In this document: in pieces, positions 60,942-64,000 of the stretch
How the letters are laid out: the number at the start of each line of letters is the position of its first letter
How positions within the stretch are numbered: position 1 is the first letter of the stretch
NCBI GenBank assembly: GCA_016432285.1
Contig: CP066682.1
Coordinates: 666,274-730,273 of the forward strand
DNA: 64,000 bases
Direction of reading: 5' to 3'
From: Candidatus Kaiserbacteria bacterium
GTDB taxonomy: Bacteria > Patescibacteriota > Minisyncoccia > Phycocordibacterales > UBA2100
Notes under the pieces: generated by a model
Told to the model about the DNA's origin: nothing
The model's input: the letters and a program-made list of their open reading frames with translations, nothing else
Database searches by the model: none
Translations under genes and position numbers: made by a program

Positions 60942-61148
60942 CTAGCGGCGCCCTTTGGGATCCGGCCCACGATCGGGATAGTTCTTGAACGACCCGATTT
61001 CGATGGGGTCCGGCAATTCATCAACCGCGAGCGACTCAAAATACTGCTCCGGATCAGTGTGCACCGTTACGGGCACGAGCTTCTCGGCGCATTTGGTCGC
61101 CTCGCTCTTCTCCACCATAAGTGGAGGAGGTTTGACGCTGGTGGCCAT
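60942..61148 (-). CDS. small hypothetical protein (68 aa) upstream of rpoB
   Basis: AAGGAGG 7 nt upstream of ATG; own terminator; MATSVKPPPLMVEKSEATKCAEKLVPVTVHTDPEQYFESLAVDELPDPIEIGSFKNYPDRGPDPKGRR. Confidence 0.45.
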   Translation of the reverse strand: MATSVKPPPLMVEKSEATKCAEKLVPVTVHTDPEQYFESLAVDELPDPIEIGSFKNYPDRGPDPKGRR

Positions 61149-61215
61149 CTTTGGTCCTCCTTTCGTTAAGAGGTGGGGGTCAGCATTTACTTCGTACCGC
61201 GGCGCTTCAGCTCTG

Positions 61216-61857
61216 TCAAGAGCGCTTTTCCTGCTTCCAGGCGTCGATCTTGGCGTGATGGCCGGATTTCAGCACCTCGGGCACTTTGTATTTCTTGCCT
61301 TTCCAGAGGAGCGTGTCGGGCCGCGTGTACACTTCGGGGCTCGATACGCGGCTGCGCTCGAGCGATTCGATTTTGCCGAGGACTCCCGGCACGAAGCGCG
61401 CGACCGCATCCACGAGCGTCGCCGCAGGCAGCTCACCGCCGGTGAGCACGTAGGGGCCCACGGACACCTTTTTGGCTTTCAGTATTTTCTGCACGCGCGC
61501 ATCCACGCCCTCGTAGCGGCCGCAGACGAGAAGTAGCTCTTTTTTCCTCGAGAGCTTCTTTGCCATTTCCTCGGAGAACACTTCCCCATCGGTCGCGAAA
61601 AAGATCTTGGTCATTCCCTTCTTTTTGCGAACCGCTCGCTCGGCGGCCTTCAGGACAGCCGTCGGCTCCAAGATCATGCCGGGGCCGCCGCCGTACGGGC
61701 GTTGGTCGACGCGCTTGTGCTTCCCAACGGCGTATTTTTTGGGGTCGTAGTACGAAATCTTGATGAGCTTCTTCTCGCGTGCGCGGCCGAGGATCGAGCT
61801 CTGAAGGTAGCTCTCGATCGATTCGGGAAAGAGCGTAACGATATGAAAGTGGATCAT
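61216..61857 (-). CDS. trmD: tRNA (guanine37-N1)-methyltransferase
   Basis: MIHFHIVTLFPE...SPOUT/trefoil-knot motifs (LLVCGRYEGVDARV, VGPYVLTGGELPA). Confidence 0.9.
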   Translation of the reverse strand: MIHFHIVTLFPESIESYLQSSILGRAREKKLIKISYYDPKKYAVGKHKRVDQRPYGGGPGMILEPTAVLKAAERAVRKKKGMTKIFFATDGEVFSEEMAKKLSRKKELLLVCGRYEGVDARVQKILKAKKVSVGPYVLTGGELPAATLVDAVARFVPGVLGKIESLERSRVSSPEVYTRPDTLLWKGKKYKVPEVLKSGHHAKIDAWKQEKRS

Positions 61858-62144
61858 GGAGTAGCGCGCTTTTCGAGCGAGACGACCACGTCCACATCGG
61901 GGGTCGCGTGATTCCCCGCCGCTTCCACCTCCGACGGCTTGATCGAATCTACCCGTACGGTATACAAACCGCCTTCCTCGCCATCAACGCGGATCAGATC
62001 TCCCTCCCTCAAATCGGATTGCTTCCGGAATCGCAGTGTCGCCGCTCCCCGGTCCTTCAGCGTAAACTCTTCCATCTCGTTGAGGCTAAAGACGATCGCG
62101 GGCTCGCGCGTTTCGTCATCGAGCTTCTTCGGAAGCCGTTCCAT
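61854..62144 (-). CDS. hypothetical protein in the position of rimM (possibly a truncated RimM/PRC-barrel-like protein, 96 aa)
   Basis: Sits between KH-domain gene and trmD as rimM does in the rpsP operon; ATGA overlap with trmD; only weak similarity (REGDLIRVDGEEGGLYTV). Confidence 0.3.
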   Translation of the reverse strand: MERLPKKLDDETREPAIVFSLNEMEEFTLKDRGAATLRFRKQSDLREGDLIRVDGEEGGLYTVRVDSIKPSEVEAAGNHATPDVDVVVSLEKRATP

Positions 62145-62148
62145 TTCG

Positions 62149-62472
62149 TTACTCGCTCTTGAGGTCGTTGATGACGTCGTCTACCGATCGCTCTCGCGAG
62201 GGCTCTGCGGCCATATCGCGTTCGCTGCCTTCCGGCTCTTCGATCTTCAAATTGACGCGCGCATCGTTTTTCATGCCAACGACCCGGAGGATCGTGCGGA
62301 TTGCCTTGGCGGTCTGGCCGCTTCGGCCGATCACCTTGCCCATGTCATCTTTGTTGACGCTCAACGTGAGGAGTACGCCCATCTCATCGACGGACCGATT
62401 GATCTTGACGTCGTCGGGAGTGTCCACCAATGCCTTCACCACGTATTCGAGAAATTGCTGATCGCGTTCCAT
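62149..62472 (-). CDS. KH-domain RNA-binding protein (YlqC/UPF0109-like)
   Basis: KH core GKVIGRSGQTAKAIRTIL; conserved neighbour of rpsP. Confidence 0.8.
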   Translation of the reverse strand: MERDQQFLEYVVKALVDTPDDVKINRSVDEMGVLLTLSVNKDDMGKVIGRSGQTAKAIRTILRVVGMKNDARVNLKIEEPEGSERDMAAEPSRERSVDDVINDLKSE

Positions 62473-62512
62473 ATCCGTCGTGCTATCTGGTAATCGGAAT
62501 CAGTATACCAAA

Positions 62513-62986
62513 CTACTCTGTTTTCTCGGGCGCGGCCGCTTCCTCCGGCTTGTCGGAACTCTCCGCTTCGGCCGGTGCGGTGGCCTCTTCTGCCTTCGTT
62601 TCCGCTTCGGCTTTCACCTCGGCGTCGTGCGCTGCTTTCGCTTCAGCCTTCGCTTCCTGCTCCGCCGCCTTTTCAGCAGCCTCTTCCTTCGCTTCCGCTG
62701 CCGCCTCTGCGGGCGCCTTGTAGGCCGGGAGGATGTTGATCTTCTTTGCGTTCAGCACACCGAGCGCAACGAGCATGTTGTGCACGGTGGCCGAGGGCTT
62801 CGCGCCCACCGACATCCAGTATTTCACGCGATCCTCCGCAAGGCTGCGCTCCTTGGTCTTTGGGTTGTAGGTGCCGACTTTTTCGACGATGCTCCCGGTT
62901 TTGGGACTTTCGGTGTGCTCCGCAACCACAATGCGAAACGAGGGCTGGTTGGTCCTCCCGGTGCGCTGTAAGCGGATCTTCAACAT
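62513..62986 (-). CDS. rpsP: 30S ribosomal protein S16 with Ala/Glu/Lys-rich C-terminal extension
   Basis: MLKIRLQRTGRTNQPSFRIVVAE...; start at internal ATG 62986; C-terminal ~70 aa low-complexity AEAKAEEAAEK repeats. Confidence 0.85.
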   Translation of the reverse strand: MLKIRLQRTGRTNQPSFRIVVAEHTESPKTGSIVEKVGTYNPKTKERSLAEDRVKYWMSVGAKPSATVHNMLVALGVLNAKKINILPAYKAPAEAAAEAKEEAAEKAAEQEAKAEAKAAHDAEVKAEAETKAEEATAPAEAESSDKPEEAAAPEKTE

Positions 62987-63008
62987 ATGTTGCGGCACTC
63001 TACCAGAA

Positions 63009-63344
63009 CTACTGCCGCTCTACAACCACGGCCGTGCCGTACGCGAGGATCTCGGTCACGCCGCCGCCGATGCCGGTCGCATCGTACCGCACCCCGATCA
63101 CCGCATTCGCGCCCATCTCTTCCGCCTGTTTTTTCATGCGCTGATACGCGTCGGCGCGCGTGCGCTCGCTCAAGGCAGTGAAGAGCGTGATGTCGCCGCC
63201 AAAGATGGTCTGGAGGCCGGCGCCGATGGTGCCGATGATGGAGCGTGATCGCACGACGATCCCGCGCGCCATGCCGATGTTTTTCGCGATATGGTAGCCC
63301 GGCAGCTCAAACGCGGTCGTTACCATCGAGTCCTGGATTGCCAT
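63009..63344 (-). CDS. YbjQ/UPF0145 family protein
   Basis: 111 aa; conserved ...GANAVIGVRYDAT...EILAYGTAVVV pattern of the YbjQ family. Confidence 0.7.
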   Translation of the reverse strand: MAIQDSMVTTAFELPGYHIAKNIGMARGIVVRSRSIIGTIGAGLQTIFGGDITLFTALSERTRADAYQRMKKQAEEMGANAVIGVRYDATGIGGGVTEILAYGTAVVVERQ

Positions 63345-63366
63345 ACCCTGGAGTATACCAAATCGG

Positions 63367-64000
63367 CTATTTCGCCACTCGCTCAGCCTCCTCGAGCTTC
63401 ACCGACAAGAGTTTCGAAACGCCGTCGCCGCCCATGGTCACACCGTAGAGCTCTCCCGCAGCGGCCATCGTCGCTCTGTTGTGCGTGATCACGATGAGCT
63501 GCGACTTTTGACCGAGCTCCTGGATCATGTCGGCGTAGCGCTTGCTGTTGGCCTCGTCGAGCGCGGCGTCCGTCTCGTCGAGAATCAAAAACGGTGGGGG
63601 ATTCACCTGCGTCATGGAAAAGATGAGCGCGATCGAGGTGAGCGCGCGCTCGCCGCCTGAAAGCACCTCGAGGCCACGGATTTTCTTCCGGGGCAGCGAG
63701 ACCGAGATCGAGAGCCCTGCGTACAGCTCTTCTTCGTCCTCGAAATCCTCCTCGTCATCCTCGTCGGTATCAAAATCCGTCTTCGCGGCGCGGCGCTTCG
63801 GCTGCTCTACCGTGAGTTTGGCTTCCCCGCCCCCAAAAAGCTTGGTAAAGAAACTCTTCAGCGCGTCGTTGATGTGCTTTAGGCCGTCGTGGAAGCGCGC
63901 GTCGATCGTTTTCTCGAGCTCCGCGATGATGTCCTTCAGCGAGGCTGCGCTCTTTTCGAGATCGTCGAGCTCTTTTGCCAGAAATTCGTCGCGCTCCTTG
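63367..64000 (-). CDS. smc: chromosome segregation protein SMC, C-terminal ATPase part; N-terminus beyond window end
   Basis: ABC signature LSGGERALTSIALIF and Walker B/D-loop PFLILDETDAALD; reading frame open to 64000. Confidence 0.8.
   Translation of the reverse strand, partial: KERDEFLAKELDDLEKSAASLKDIIAELEKTIDARFHDGLKHINDALKSFFTKLFGGGEAKLTVEQPKRRAAKTDFDTDEDDEEDFEDEEELYAGLSISVSLPRKKIRGLEVLSGGERALTSIALIFSMTQVNPPPFLILDETDAALDEANSKRYADMIQELGQKSQLIVITHNRATMAAAGELYGVTMGGDGVSKLLSVKLEEAERVAK

Overview
This 64 kb window is high-GC (about 60-65%), gene-dense bacterial chromosome carrying mostly housekeeping genes. Most genes sit on the minus strand; the long plus-strand ORFs in the supplied track are mainly antisense shadows. 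FtsA is present, a truncated PurH (AICARFT only) and a short ValRS occur, and there are two SemiSWEETs. Together these suggest a reduced-genome uncultivated lineage, possibly CPR/Patescibacteria-like (inference only). Housekeeping genes I recognise: gyrA (5' part), rpsA, pth, lepB, rpsU-ybeY, ftsA-ftsZ, trxB, purH, pyrE-pyrF, aroK, tsaC, tsaD, valS, sHSP, dsbA-like, rpoD-dnaG, rpoB-rpoC, rpsP-KH-(rimM?)-trmD, and an smc fragment at the end. There are three tRNAs: Ser-CGA, Glu-UUC and Val-GAC. The main things worth a second look are: (1) a six-gene complex-I/hydrogenase-4-like operon (40414-47401) whose NuoB-like and NuoD-like subunits have lost nearly all Fe-S and Ni-Fe cysteine ligands (an Ehr-type module). 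(2) A 336-aa protein (27628-28638) with a C-terminal cytidine-deaminase-fold domain, its own strong promoter, a structured leader and a perfect SD, next to an AlkA-like glycosylase. (3) Homologous ~145-nt structured 'trailer' elements after tRNA-Glu and tRNA-Val, each ending in a copy of that tRNA's 3' end. (4) A dispersed ~30-nt palindromic repeat family (ATGGACA..TGTCCAT + T-run) with four copies, one in frame inside valS. (5) A low-GC islet (about 24.1-26.5 kb) holding a PKD-domain surface protein and a SAM-methyltransferase around the tRNA-Ser/Glu pair. (6) Most core genes have a TATAAT-like -10 box 6-9 nt from the ATG and no SD, suggesting leaderless mRNAs, whereas the putatively acquired genes carry AGGAGG sites. 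I found no rRNA, CRISPR array, integrase or transposase.
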